Shown here: piece by piece, positions 1-11,480 of the stretch
Numbering within the stretch: position 1 is the first letter of the stretch
How the letters are laid out: each line of letters starts with the position of its first letter
NCBI GenBank assembly: GCA_964247055.1
Contig: OZ176051.1
Span: forward strand, 186,001 to 250,000
Length of the DNA stretch: 64,000 nt
Direction: 5' to 3'
From: Paragordius varius
Lineage: Eukaryota; Animalia; Nematomorpha
Program-made: the position numbers and the translations under genes
Notes under the pieces: generated by a model
The model's database searches: none
Told to the model about the DNA's origin: nothing
What the model saw: the letters and a program-made list of their open reading frames with translations, nothing else

Positions 1-25
1 TCGGAGTATAAATGTAATTTTTTTG

Positions 26-49
26 AATTTTTTAAATATTTAAAAAATT
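26..49. repeat. Perfect 24-bp palindrome AATTTTTTAAATATTTAAAAAATT (present in most monomers; first copy given)
   Basis: Positions 26-49 read identically on both strands, centred on AAAT|ATTT. Confidence 0.97.
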
Positions 50-77
50 TATTTTATACGATTTTAAAAATAAAAAT

Positions 78-135
78 GGCTACCTAAAATCCAAATTTGA
101 CCAGGTGATGTCGCCATAATTTTTTTTGGGTAGCC
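78..135. repeat. Intra-monomer inverted repeat GGCTACCTAAAA (78-89) / TTTTGGGTAGCC (124-135), 11/12 match; it encloses the CAAATTTG palindrome (92-99) and the GGTGA-TG-TC(A/G)CC hairpin (104-115)
   Basis: The reverse complement of ttttgggtagcc is ggctacccaaaa, versus ggctacctaaaa. GGTGA/TCACC are perfect complements in the 'gtcacc' allele (e.g. 277-288). Confidence 0.93.
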
Positions 136-3100
136 CTATGGTAGTTACATCATAACCTTAAATATTTTTGAGATCGGACTTTAAATGTAATTTTTATGAA
201 TTTTTTAAATATTTAAAAAATTTATTTTATACGATTTTAAAAATAAAAATGGCTACCTAAAATCCAAATTTGATCAGGTGATGTCACCATAATTTTTTTT
301 GGGTAGCCCTATGGTAGTTCCATCATCAACCCAAATATTTTCGAGATCGGAGTATAAATGTAATTTTTATGAATTTTTTTAAATATTTAAAAAATTTATT
401 TTATACGATTTTAAAAATAAAAATGGCTACCTAAAATCCAAATTTGATCAGGTGATGTCGCCATAATTTTTTTGGGTAGCCCTATGGTAGTTCCATCATC
501 ACCCCAAATATTTTCGAGATCGGAGTATAAATGTAATTTTTATGAATTTTTTAAATATTTAAAAAATTTATTTTATACGATTTTAAAAATAAAAATGGCT
601 ACCTAAAATCCAAATTTGATCAGGTGATGTCACCATAATTTTTTTTGGGTAGCCCTATGGTAGTTCCATCATCACCCCAAATATTGTCGAGATCGGAGTA
701 TAAATGTAATTTTTTTGAATTTTTTAAATATTTAAAAAATTTATTTTATACGATTTTAAAAATAAAAATGGCTACCTAAAATCCAAATTTGATCAGGTGA
801 TGTCGCCATAATTTTTTTTGGGTAGCCCTATGGTAGTTACATCATAACCTTAAATATTTTTGAGATCGGACTTTAAATGTAATTTTTATGAATTTTTTAA
901 ATATTTAAAAAATTTATTTTATACGATTTTAAAAATAAAAATGGCTACCTAAAATCCAAATTTGATCAGGTGATGTCACCATAATTTTTTTTGGGTAGCC
1001 CTATGGTAGTTCCATCATCACCCCAAATATTGTCGAGATCGGAGTATAAATGTAATTTTTATGAATTTTTTAAATATTTAAAAAATTTATTTTATACGAT
1101 TTTAAAAATAAAAATGGCTACCTAAAATCCAAATTTGATCAGGTGATGTCGCCATAATTTTTTTTGGGTAGCCCTATGGTAGTTCCATCATCACCCCAAA
1201 TATTTACGAGATCGGAGTATAAATGTAATTTTTATGAATTTTTTAAATATTTAAAAAATTTATTTTATACGATTTTAAAAATAAAAATGGCTACCTAAAA
1301 TCCAAATTTGATCAGGTGATGTCGCCATAATTTTTTTTGGGTAGCCCTATGGTAGTTACATCATAACCTTAAATATTTTTGAGATCGGACTTTAAATGTA
1401 ATTTTTATGAATTTTTTAAATATTTAAAAAATTTATTTTATACGATTTTAAAAATAAAAATAGCTACCTAAAATCCTAATTTGATCAGGTGATGTCGCCA
1501 TAATTTTTTTGGGTAGCCCTATGGTAGTTCCATCATCACCCCAAATATTTTCGAGATCGGAGTATAAATGTAATTTTTATGAATTTTTTAAATATTTAAA
1601 AAATTTATTTTATACGATTTTAAAAATAAAAATGGCTACCTAAAATCCAAATTTGATCAGGTGATGTCACCATAATTTTTTTTGGGTAGCCCTATGGTAG
1701 TTCCATCATCACCCCAAATATTGTCGAGATCGGAGTATAAATGTAATTTTTTTGAATTTTTTAAATATTTAAAAAATTTATTTTATACGATTTTAAAAAT
1801 AAAAATGGCTACCTAAAATCCAAATTTGATCAGGTGATGTCGCCATAATTTTTTTTGGGTAGCCCTATGGTAGTTACATCATAACCTTAAATATTTTTGA
1901 GATCGGACTTTAAATGTAATTTTTATGAATTTTTTAAATATTTAAAAAATTTATTTTATACGATTTTAAAAATAAAAATGGCTACCTAAAATCCAAATTT
2001 GATCAGGTGATGTCACCATAATTTTTTTTGGGTAGCCCTATGGTAGTTCCATCATCACCCCAAATATTGTCGAGATCGGAGTATAAATGTAATTTTTATG
2101 AATTTTTTAAATATTTAAAAAATTTATTTTATACGATTTTAAAAATAAAAATGGCTACCTAAAATCCAAATTTGATCAGGTGATGTCACCATAATTTTTT
2201 TTGGGTAGCCCTATGGTAGTTCCATCATCACCCCAAATATTGTCGAGATCGGAGTATAAATGTAATTTTTATGAATTTTTTAAATATTTAAAAAATTTAT
2301 TTTATACGATTTTAAAAATAAAAATGGCTACCTAAAATCCAAATTTGATCAGGTGATGTCGCCATAATTTTTTTTGGGTAGCCCTATGGTAGTTCCATCA
2401 TCACCCCAAATATTGTCGAGATCGGAGTATAAATGTAATTTTTTTGAATTTTTTAAATATTTAAAAAATTTATTTTATACGATTTTAAAAATAAAAATGG
2501 CTACCTAAAATCCAAATTTGACCAGGTGATGTCGCCATAATTTTTTTTGGGTAGCCCTATGGTAGTTACATCATAACCTTAAATATTTTTGAGATCGGAC
2601 TTTAAATGTAATTTTTATGAATTTTTTAAATATTTAAAAAATTTATTTTATACGATTTTAAAAATAAAAATGGCTACCTAAAATCCAAATTTGATCAGGT
2701 GATGTCACCATAATTTTTTTTGGGTAGCCCTATGGTAGTTCCATCATCAACCCAAATATTTTCGAGATCGGAGTATAAATGTAATTTTTATGAATTTTTT
2801 TAAATATTTAAAAAATTTATTTTATACGATTTTAAAAATAAAAATGGCTACCTAAAATCCAAATTTGATCAGGTGATGTCGCCATAATTTTTTTTGCGTA
2901 GCCCTATGGTAGTTCCATCATCACCCCAAATATTGTCGAGATCGGAGTATAAATGTAATTTTTTTGAATTTTTTAAATATTTAAAAAATTTATTTTATAC
3001 GATTTTAAAAATAAAAATGGCTACCTAAAATCCAAATTTGATCAGGTGATATCGCCATAATTTTTTTTTGGGTAGCCCTATGGTAGTTCCATCATCACCC

Positions 3101-3979
3101 CAAATATTGTCGAGATCGGAGTATAAATGTAATTTTTATGAATTTTTTAAATATTTAAAAAATTTATTTTATACGATTTTAAAAATAAAAATGGCTACCT
3201 AAAATCCAAATTTGATCAGGTGATGTCGCCATAATTTTTTTTGGGTAGCCCTATGGTAGTTCCATCATCACCCCAAATATTTTCGAGATCGGAGTATAAA
3301 TGTAATTTTTATGAATTTTTTAAATATTTAAAAAATTTATTTTATACGATTTTAAAAATAAAAATAGCTACCTAAAATCCAAATTTGATCAGGTGATGTC
3401 GCCATAATTTTTTTTGCGTAGCCCTATGGTAGTTCCATCATCACCCCAAATATTGTCGAGATCGGAGTATAAATGTAATTTTTTTGAATTTTTTAAATAT
3501 TTAAAAAATTTATTTTATACGATTTTAAAAATAAAAATGGCTACCTAAAATCCAAATTTGATCAGGTGATGTCGCCATAATTTTTTTTGGGTAGCCCTAT
3601 GGTAGTTACATCATAACCTTAAATATTTTTGAGATCGGACTTTAAATGTAATTTTTATGAATTTTTTAAATATTTAAAAAATTTATTTTATACGATTTTA
3701 AAAATAAAAATGGCTACCTAAAATCCTAATTTGATCAGGTGATGTCGCCATAATTTTTTTGGGTAGCCCTATGGTAGTTCCATCATCACCCCAAATATTT
3801 TCGAGATCGGAGTATAAATGTAATTTTTATGAATTTTTTAAATATTTAAAAAATTTATTTTATACGATTTTAAAAATAAAAATGGCTACCTAAAATCCAA
3901 ATTTGATCAGGTGATGTCACCATAATTTTTTTTGGGTAGCCCTATGGTAGTTCCATCATCACCCCAAATATTGTCGAGA

Positions 3980-6900
3980 TCGGAGTATAAATGTAATTTT
4001 TATGAATTTTTTAAATATTTAAAAAATTTATTTTATACGATATTAAAAATAAAAATGGCTACCTAAAATCCAAATTTGATCAGGTGATGTCGCCATAATT
4101 TTTTTTGGGTAGCCCTATGGTAGTTCCATCATCACCCCAAATATATTCGAGATCGGAGTATAAATGTAATTTTTATGAATTTTTTAAATATTTAAAAAAT
4201 TTATTTTATACGATTTTAAAAATAAAAATGGCTACCTAAAATCCAAATTTGATCAGGTGATGTCGCCATAATTTTTTTTGGGTAGCCCTATGGTAGTTCC
4301 ATCATCACCCCAAATATTTTGGGGATCGGACTATAAATGTAATTTTTATGAAGTTTTTAAATATTTAAAAAATTTATTTTATACGATTTTAAAAATAAAA
4401 ATGGCTACCTAAAATCCTAATTTGATCAGGTGATGTCGCCATAATTTTTTTTGGGTAGCCCTATGGTAGTTCCATCATCACCCCAAATATTTTGGGGATC
4501 GGACTATAAATGTAATTTTTATGAAGTTTTTAAATATTTAAAAAATTTATTTTATACGATTTTAAAAATAAAAATGGCTACCTAAAATCCAAATTTGATC
4601 AGGTGATGTCACCATAATTTTTTTTGAGTAGCCCTATGGTAGTTCCATCATCACCCCAAATATTGTCGAGATCGGAGTATAAATGTAATTTTTTTGAATT
4701 TTTTAAATATTTAAAAAATTTATTTTATACGATTTTAAAAATAAAAATGGCTACCTAAAATCCAAATTTGATCAGGAGATGTCACCATAATTTTTTTTGG
4801 GTAGCCCTATGGTAGTTCCATCATCACCCCAAATATTTTCAATATCGGAGTATAAATGTAATTTTTATGAATTTTTTAAATATTTAAAAAATTTATTTTA
4901 TACGATTTTAAAAATAAAAATGGCTACCTAAAATCCAAATTTGATCAGGTGATGTCACCATAATTTTTTTTGGGTAGCCCTATGGTAGTTCCATCATCAC
5001 CCCAAATATTGTCGAGATCGGAGTATAAATGTAATTTTTATGAATTTTTTAAATATTTAAAAAATTTATTTTATACGATTTTAAAAATAAAAATGGCTAC
5101 CTAAAATCCAAATTTGATCAGGTGATGTCACCATAATTTTTTTTGGGTAGCCCTATGGTAGTTCCATCATCACCCCAAATATTTTCGAGATCGGAGTATA
5201 AATGTAATTTTTATGAATTTTTTAAATATTTAAAAAATTTATTTTATACGATATTAAAAATAAAAATGGCTACCTAAAATCCAAATTTGATCAGGTGATG
5301 TCGCCATAATTTTTTTTGGGTAGCCCTATGGTAGTTCCATCATCACCCCAAATATTGTCGAGATCGGAGTATAAATGTAATTTTTTTGAATTTTTTAAAT
5401 ATTTAAAAAATTTATTTTATACGATTTTAAAAATAAAAATGGCTACCTAAAATCCAAATTTGACCAGGTGATGTCGCCATAATTTTTTTTGGGTAGCCCT
5501 ATGGTAGTTACATCATAACCTTAAATATTTTTGAGATCGGACTTTAAATGTAATTTTTATGAATTTTTTAAATATTTAAAAAATTTATTTTATACGATTT
5601 TAAAAATAAAAATGGCTACCTAAAATCCAAATTTGATCAGGTGATGTCACCATAATTTTTTTTGGGTAGCCCTATGGTAGTTCCATCATCACCCCAAATA
5701 TTTTCGAGATCGGAGTATAAATGTAATTTTTATGAATTTTTTAAATATTTAAAAAATTTATTTTATACGATTTTAAAAATAAAAATGGCTACCTAAAATC
5801 CAAATTTGATCAGGTGATGTCGCCATAATTTTTTTTGGGTAGCCCTATGGTAGTTACATCATAACCCCAAATATTGTCGAGATCGGAGTATAAATGTAAT
5901 TTTTATGAATTTTTTAAATATTTAAAAAATTTATTTTATACGATATTAAAAATAAAAATGGCTACCTAAAATCCAAATTTGATCAGGTGATGTCGCCATA
6001 ATTTTTTTTGGGTAGCCCTATGGTAGTTCCATCATCACCCCAAATATTTTCGAGATCGGAGTATAAATGTAATTTTTATGAATTTTTTAAATATTTAAAA
6101 AATTTATTTTATACGATTTTAAAAATAAAAATGGCTACCTAAAATCCAAATTTGATCAGGTGATGTCGCCATAATTTTTTTTGGGTAGCCCTATGGTAGT
6201 TCCATCATCACCCCAAATATTTTGGGGATCGGACTATAAATGTAATTTTTATGAAGTTTTTAAATATTTAAAAAATTTATTTTATACGATTTTAAAAATA
6301 AAAATGGCTACCTAAAATCCTAATTTGATCAGGTGATGTCGCCATAATTTTTTTTGGGTAGCCCTATGGTAGTTCCATCATCACCCCAAATATTTCGGGA
6401 TCGGACTATAAATGTAATTTTTATGAAGTTTTTAAATATTTAAAAAATTTATTTTATACGATTTTAAAAATAAAAATGGCTACCTAAAATCCAAATTTGA
6501 TCAGGTGATGTCACCATAATTTTTTTTGAGTAGCCCTATGGTAGTTCCATCATCACCCCAAATATTGTCGAGATCGGAGTATAAATGTAATTTTTTTGAA
6601 TTTTTTAAATATTTAAAAAATTTATTTTATACGATTTTAAAAATAAAAATGGCTACCTAAAATCCAAATTTGATCAGGAGATGTCACCATAATTTTTTTT
6701 GGGTAGCCCTATGGTAGTTCCATCATCACCCCAAATATTTTCAATATCGGAGTATAAATGTAATTTTTATGAATTTTTTAAATATTTACAAAATTTATTT
6801 TATACGATTTTAAAAATAAAAATGGCTACCTAAAATCCAAATTTGATCAGGTGATGTCACCATAATTTTTTTTGGGTAGCCCTATGGTAGTTCCATCATC

Positions 6901-7700
6901 ACCCCAAATATTGTCGAGATCGGAGTATAAATGTAATTTTTATGAATTTTTTAAATATTTAAAAAATTTATTTTATACGATTTTAAAAATAAAAATGGCT
7001 ACCTAAAATCCAAATTTGATCAGGTGATGTCACCATAATTTTTTTTGGGTAGCCCTATGGTAGTTCCATCATCACCCCAAATATTTTCGAGATCGGAGTA
7101 TAAATGTAATTTTTATGAATTTTTTAAATATTTAAAAAATTTATTTTATACGATATTAAAAATAAAAATGGCTACCTAAAATCCAAATTTGATCAGGTGA
7201 TGTCGCCATAATTTTTTTTGGGTAGCCCTATGGTAGTTCCATCATCACCCCAAATATTGTCGAGATCGGAGTATAAATGTAATTTTTTTGAATTTTTTAA
7301 ATATTTAAAAAATTTATTTTATACGATTTTAAAAATAAAAATGGCTACCTAAAATCCAAATTTGACCAGGTGATGTCGCCATAATTTTTTTTGGGTAGCC
7401 CTATGGTAGTTACATCATAACCTTAAATATTTTTGAGATCGGACTTTAAATGTAATTTTTATGAATTTTTTAAATATTTAAAAAATTTATTTTATACGAT
7501 TTTAAAAATAAAAATGGCTACCTAAAATCCAAATTTGATCAGGTGATGTCACCATAATTTTTTTTGGGTAGCCCTATGGTAGTTCCATCATCACCCCAAA
7601 TATTTTCGAGATCGGAGTATAAATGTAATTTTTATGAATTTTTTAAATATTTAAAAAATTTATTTTATACGATTTTAAAAATAAAAATGGCTACCTAAAA
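3980..7700. repeat. Tandem duplication of an 11-monomer block (offset ~1903 bp)
   Basis: Shared rare variants at a constant offset: gaaGtttt 4353/6256, caggAgatg 4777/6679, ttttcAATatcgg 4841/6743, ttgaCcagg 5464/7366. Confidence 0.92.
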
Positions 7701-8274
7701 TCCAAATTTGATCAGGTGATGTCGCCATAATTTTTTTTGCGTAGCCCTATGGTAGTTCCATCATCACCCCAAATATTGTCGAGATCGGAGTATAAATGTA
7801 ATTTTTTTGAATTTTTTAAATATTTAAAAAATTTATTTTATACGATTTTAAAAATAAAAATGGCTACCTAAAATCCAAATTTGATCAGGTGATGTCGCCA
7901 TAATTTTTTTTTGGGTAGCCCTATGGTAGTTCCATCATAACTCCAAATATTTTTGAGATCGGACTTTAAATGTAATTTTTATGAATTTTTTAAATATTTA
8001 AAAAATTTATTTTATACGATTTTAAAAATAAAAATGGCTACCTAAAATCCAAATTTGATCAGGTGATGTCACCATAATTTTTTTTATGTAGCCCTATGGT
8101 AGTTCCATCATCACCCCAAATATTTTCGAGATCGGAGTATAAATGTAATTTTTATGAATTTTTTAAATATTTAAAAAATTTATTTTATACGATTTAAAAA
8201 AAAAAAATGGCTACCTATCCAAATTTGATCAGGTGATGTCACCATAATTTTTTTTGGGTAGCCCTATGGTAATT

Positions 8275-11200
8275 CCATCATCACCCCAAATATTGTCGAG
8301 ATCGGAGTATAAATGTAATTTTTTTGAATTTTTTAAATATTTAAAAAATTTATTTTATACGATTTTAAAAATAAAAATGGCTACCTAAAATCCAAATTTG
8401 ATCAGGTAATGTCTTTGGGTAGCCATATGGTAGTTCCATCATCACCCCAAATATTTTGGGGATCGGACTATAAATGTAATTTTTATGAATTTTTTAAATA
8501 TTTAAAAAATTTATTTTATACGATTTTAAAAATAAAAATGGCTACCTAAAATCCAAATTTGATCAGGTGATGTCTCCATAATTTTTTTTGGGTAGCCCTA
8601 TGGTAGTTCCATCATCACCCCAAATATTTTGGGGATCGGACTATAAATGTAATTTTTATGAATTTTTTAATTATTTAAAAAATTTATTTTATACGATTTT
8701 AAAAATAAAAATGGCTACCCAAAATCCAAATTTGATCAGGTGATGTCACTATAATTTTTTTGGGTAGCCCTATGGTAGTTCCATCATCATCTCAAATATT
8801 TTGAGGATCGGACTATAAATGTAATTTTTATGAATTTTTTAAATATTTAAAAAATTTATTTTATACGATTTTAAAAATAAAAATATCTACCTAAAATCCA
8901 AATTTGATCAGGTGATGTCGCCATAATTTTTTTGGGTAGCCCTATAGTAGTTCCATCATCACCCCAAATATTTTTGAGATCGGAGTATAAATGTAATTTT
9001 TATGAATTTTTTAAATATTTAAAAAATTTATTTTATACGATTTTAAAAATAAAAATGGCTACCTAAAATCCAAATTTGATCAGGTGATGTCACCATAATT
9101 TTTTTTGGGTAGCCCTATGGTAGTTCCATCATCACCCCAAATATTGTCGAGATCGGAGTATAAATGTAATTTTTATGAATTTTTTAAATATTTAAAAAAT
9201 TTATTTTATACGATTTTAAAAATAAAAATGGCTACCTAAAATCCAAATTTGATCAGGTGATGTCGCCATAATTTTTTTTGCGTAGCCCTATGGTAGTTCC
9301 ATCATCACCCCAAATATTGTCGAGATCGGAGTATAAATGTAATTTTTTTGAATTTTTTAAATATTTAAAAAATTTATTTTATACGATTTTAAAAATAAAA
9401 ATGGCTACCTAAAATCCAAATTTGATCAGGTGATGTCGCCATAATTTTTTTTGGGTAGCCCTATGGTAGTTACATCATAACCTTAAATATTTTTGAGATC
9501 GGACTTTAAATGTAATTTTTATGATTTTTTTAAATATTTAAAAAATTTATTTTATACGATTTTAAAAATAAAAATGGCTACCTAAAATCCTAATTTGATC
9601 AGGTGATGTCGCCATAATTTTTTTGGGTAGCCCTATGGTAGTTCCATCATCACCCCAAATATTTTCGAGATCGGAGTATAAATGTAATTTTTATGAATTT
9701 TTTAAATATTTAAAAAATTTATTTTATACGATATAAAAATAAAAATGGCTACCTAAAATCCAAATTTGATCAGGTGATGTCACCATAATTTTTTTTGAGT
9801 AGCCCTATGGTAGTTCCATCATCACCCCAAATATTGTCGAGATCGGAGTATAAATGTAATTTTTTTGAATTTTTTAAATATTTAAAAAATTTATTTTATA
9901 CGATTTTAAAAATAAAAATGGCTACCTAAAATCCAAATTTGATCAGGTAATGTCTTTGGGTAGCCATATGGTAGTTCCATCATCACCCCAAATATTTTGG
10001 GGATCGGACTATAAATGTAATTTTTATGAATTTTTTAAATATTTAAAAAATTTATTTTATACGATTTTAAAAATAAAAATGGCTACCTAAAATCCAAATT
10101 TGATCAGGTGATGTCTCCATAATTTTTTTTGGGTAGCCCTATGGTAGTTCCATCATCACCCCAAATATTTTGGGGATCGGACTATAAATGTAATTTTTAT
10201 GAATTTTTTAAATATTTAAAAAATTTATTTTATACGATTTTAAAAATAAAAATGGCTACCTAAAATCCAAATTTGATCAGGTGATGTCACTATAATTTTT
10301 TTGGGTAGCCCTATGGTAGTTCCATCATCATCTCAAATATTTTGAGGATCGGACTATAAATGTAATTTTTATGAATTTTTTAAATATTTAAAAAATTTAT
10401 TTTATACGATTTTAAAAATAAAAATATCTACCTAAAATCCAAATTTGATCAGGTGATGTCGCCATAATTTTTTTGGGTAGCCCTATAGTAGTTCCATCAT
10501 CACCCCAAATATTTTTGAGATCGGAGTATAAATGTAATTTTTATGAATTTTTTAAATATTTAAAAAATTTATTTTATACGATTTTAAAAATAAAAATGGC
10601 TACCTAAAATCCAAATTTGATCAGGTGATGTCACCATAATTTTTTTTGGGTAGCCCTATGGTAGTTCCATCATCACCCCAAATATTGTCGAGATCGGAGT
10701 ATAAATGTAATTTTTATGAATTTTTTAAATAATTAAAAAATTTATTTTATACGATTTTAAAAATAAAAATGGCTACCTAAAATCCAAATTTGATCAGGTG
10801 ATGTCGCCATAATTTTTTTTGCGTAGCCCTATGGTAGTTCCATCATCACCCCAAATATTGTCGAGATCGGAGTATAAATGTAATTTTTTTGAATTTTTTA
10901 AATATTTAAAAAATTTATTTTATACGATTTTAAAAATAAAAATGGCTACCTAAAATCCAAATTTGATCAGGTGATGTCGCCATAATTTTTTTTAGGTAGC
11001 CCTATGGTAGTTACATCATAACCTTAAATATTTTTGAGATCGGACTTTAAATGTAATTTTTATGATTTTTTTAAATATTTAAAAAATTTATTTTATACGA
11101 TTTTAAAAATAAAAATGGCTACCTAAAATCCTAATTTGATCAGGTGATGTCGCCATAATTTTTTTGGGTAGCCCTATGGTAGTTCCATCATCACCCCAAA

Positions 11201-11480
11201 TATTTTCGAGATCGGAGTATAAATGTAATTTTTATGAATTTTTTAAATATTTAAAAAATTTATTTTATACGATTTTAAAAATAAAAATGGCTACCTAAAA
11301 TCCAAATTTGATCAGGTGATGTCACCATAATTTTTTTTGAGTAGCCCTATGGTAGTTCCATCATCACCCCAAATATTGTCGAGATCGGAGTATAAATGTA
11401 ATTTTTTTGAATTTTTTAAATATTTAAAAAATTTATTTTATACGATTTTAAAAAAAAAATGGCTACCTAAAATCCAAATT
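8275..11480. repeat. Tandem duplication of a 9-monomer block (offset 1541 bp) carrying a 12-bp-deletion monomer
   Basis: The deleted monomer 'caggtaatgtctttgggtagccata' occurs at ~8403 and ~9944. It is followed in both copies by the same ordered variants (gtctcc, gtcact+tctcaaa+ttgagg, aatatctacc, gcgtagc, tacatcataacctt, atgattttttt, cctaattt). Confidence 0.93.

Noticed and set aside
7-13. TATAAAT as a TATA box or -10 promoter element in each monomer
   Set aside because: This is expected by chance in a ~94% AT block, and there is no gene or other promoter evidence. Transcription would need RNA/CAGE data.
76-87. ORF starting at ATG GCT ACC
   Set aside because: It stops after three codons (TAA). 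The minus-strand ATG ATG GAA CTA CCA TAG also stops at once. The 173-bp period shifts frame each monomer, and the sequence is rich in stop codons, so no CDS is supportable.
1-173. Primate alpha satellite, or a named insect or plant satellite of similar length
   Set aside because: Only the monomer length is similar. I recognise no sequence similarity and cannot run a search, so no family or species is assigned.
339-353. CENP-B box-like motif (tTTCGagatCGGag)
   Set aside because: The CENP-B box core has 7 nt between TTCG and CGGG. Here there are 4 nt and CGGA, so it does not match.
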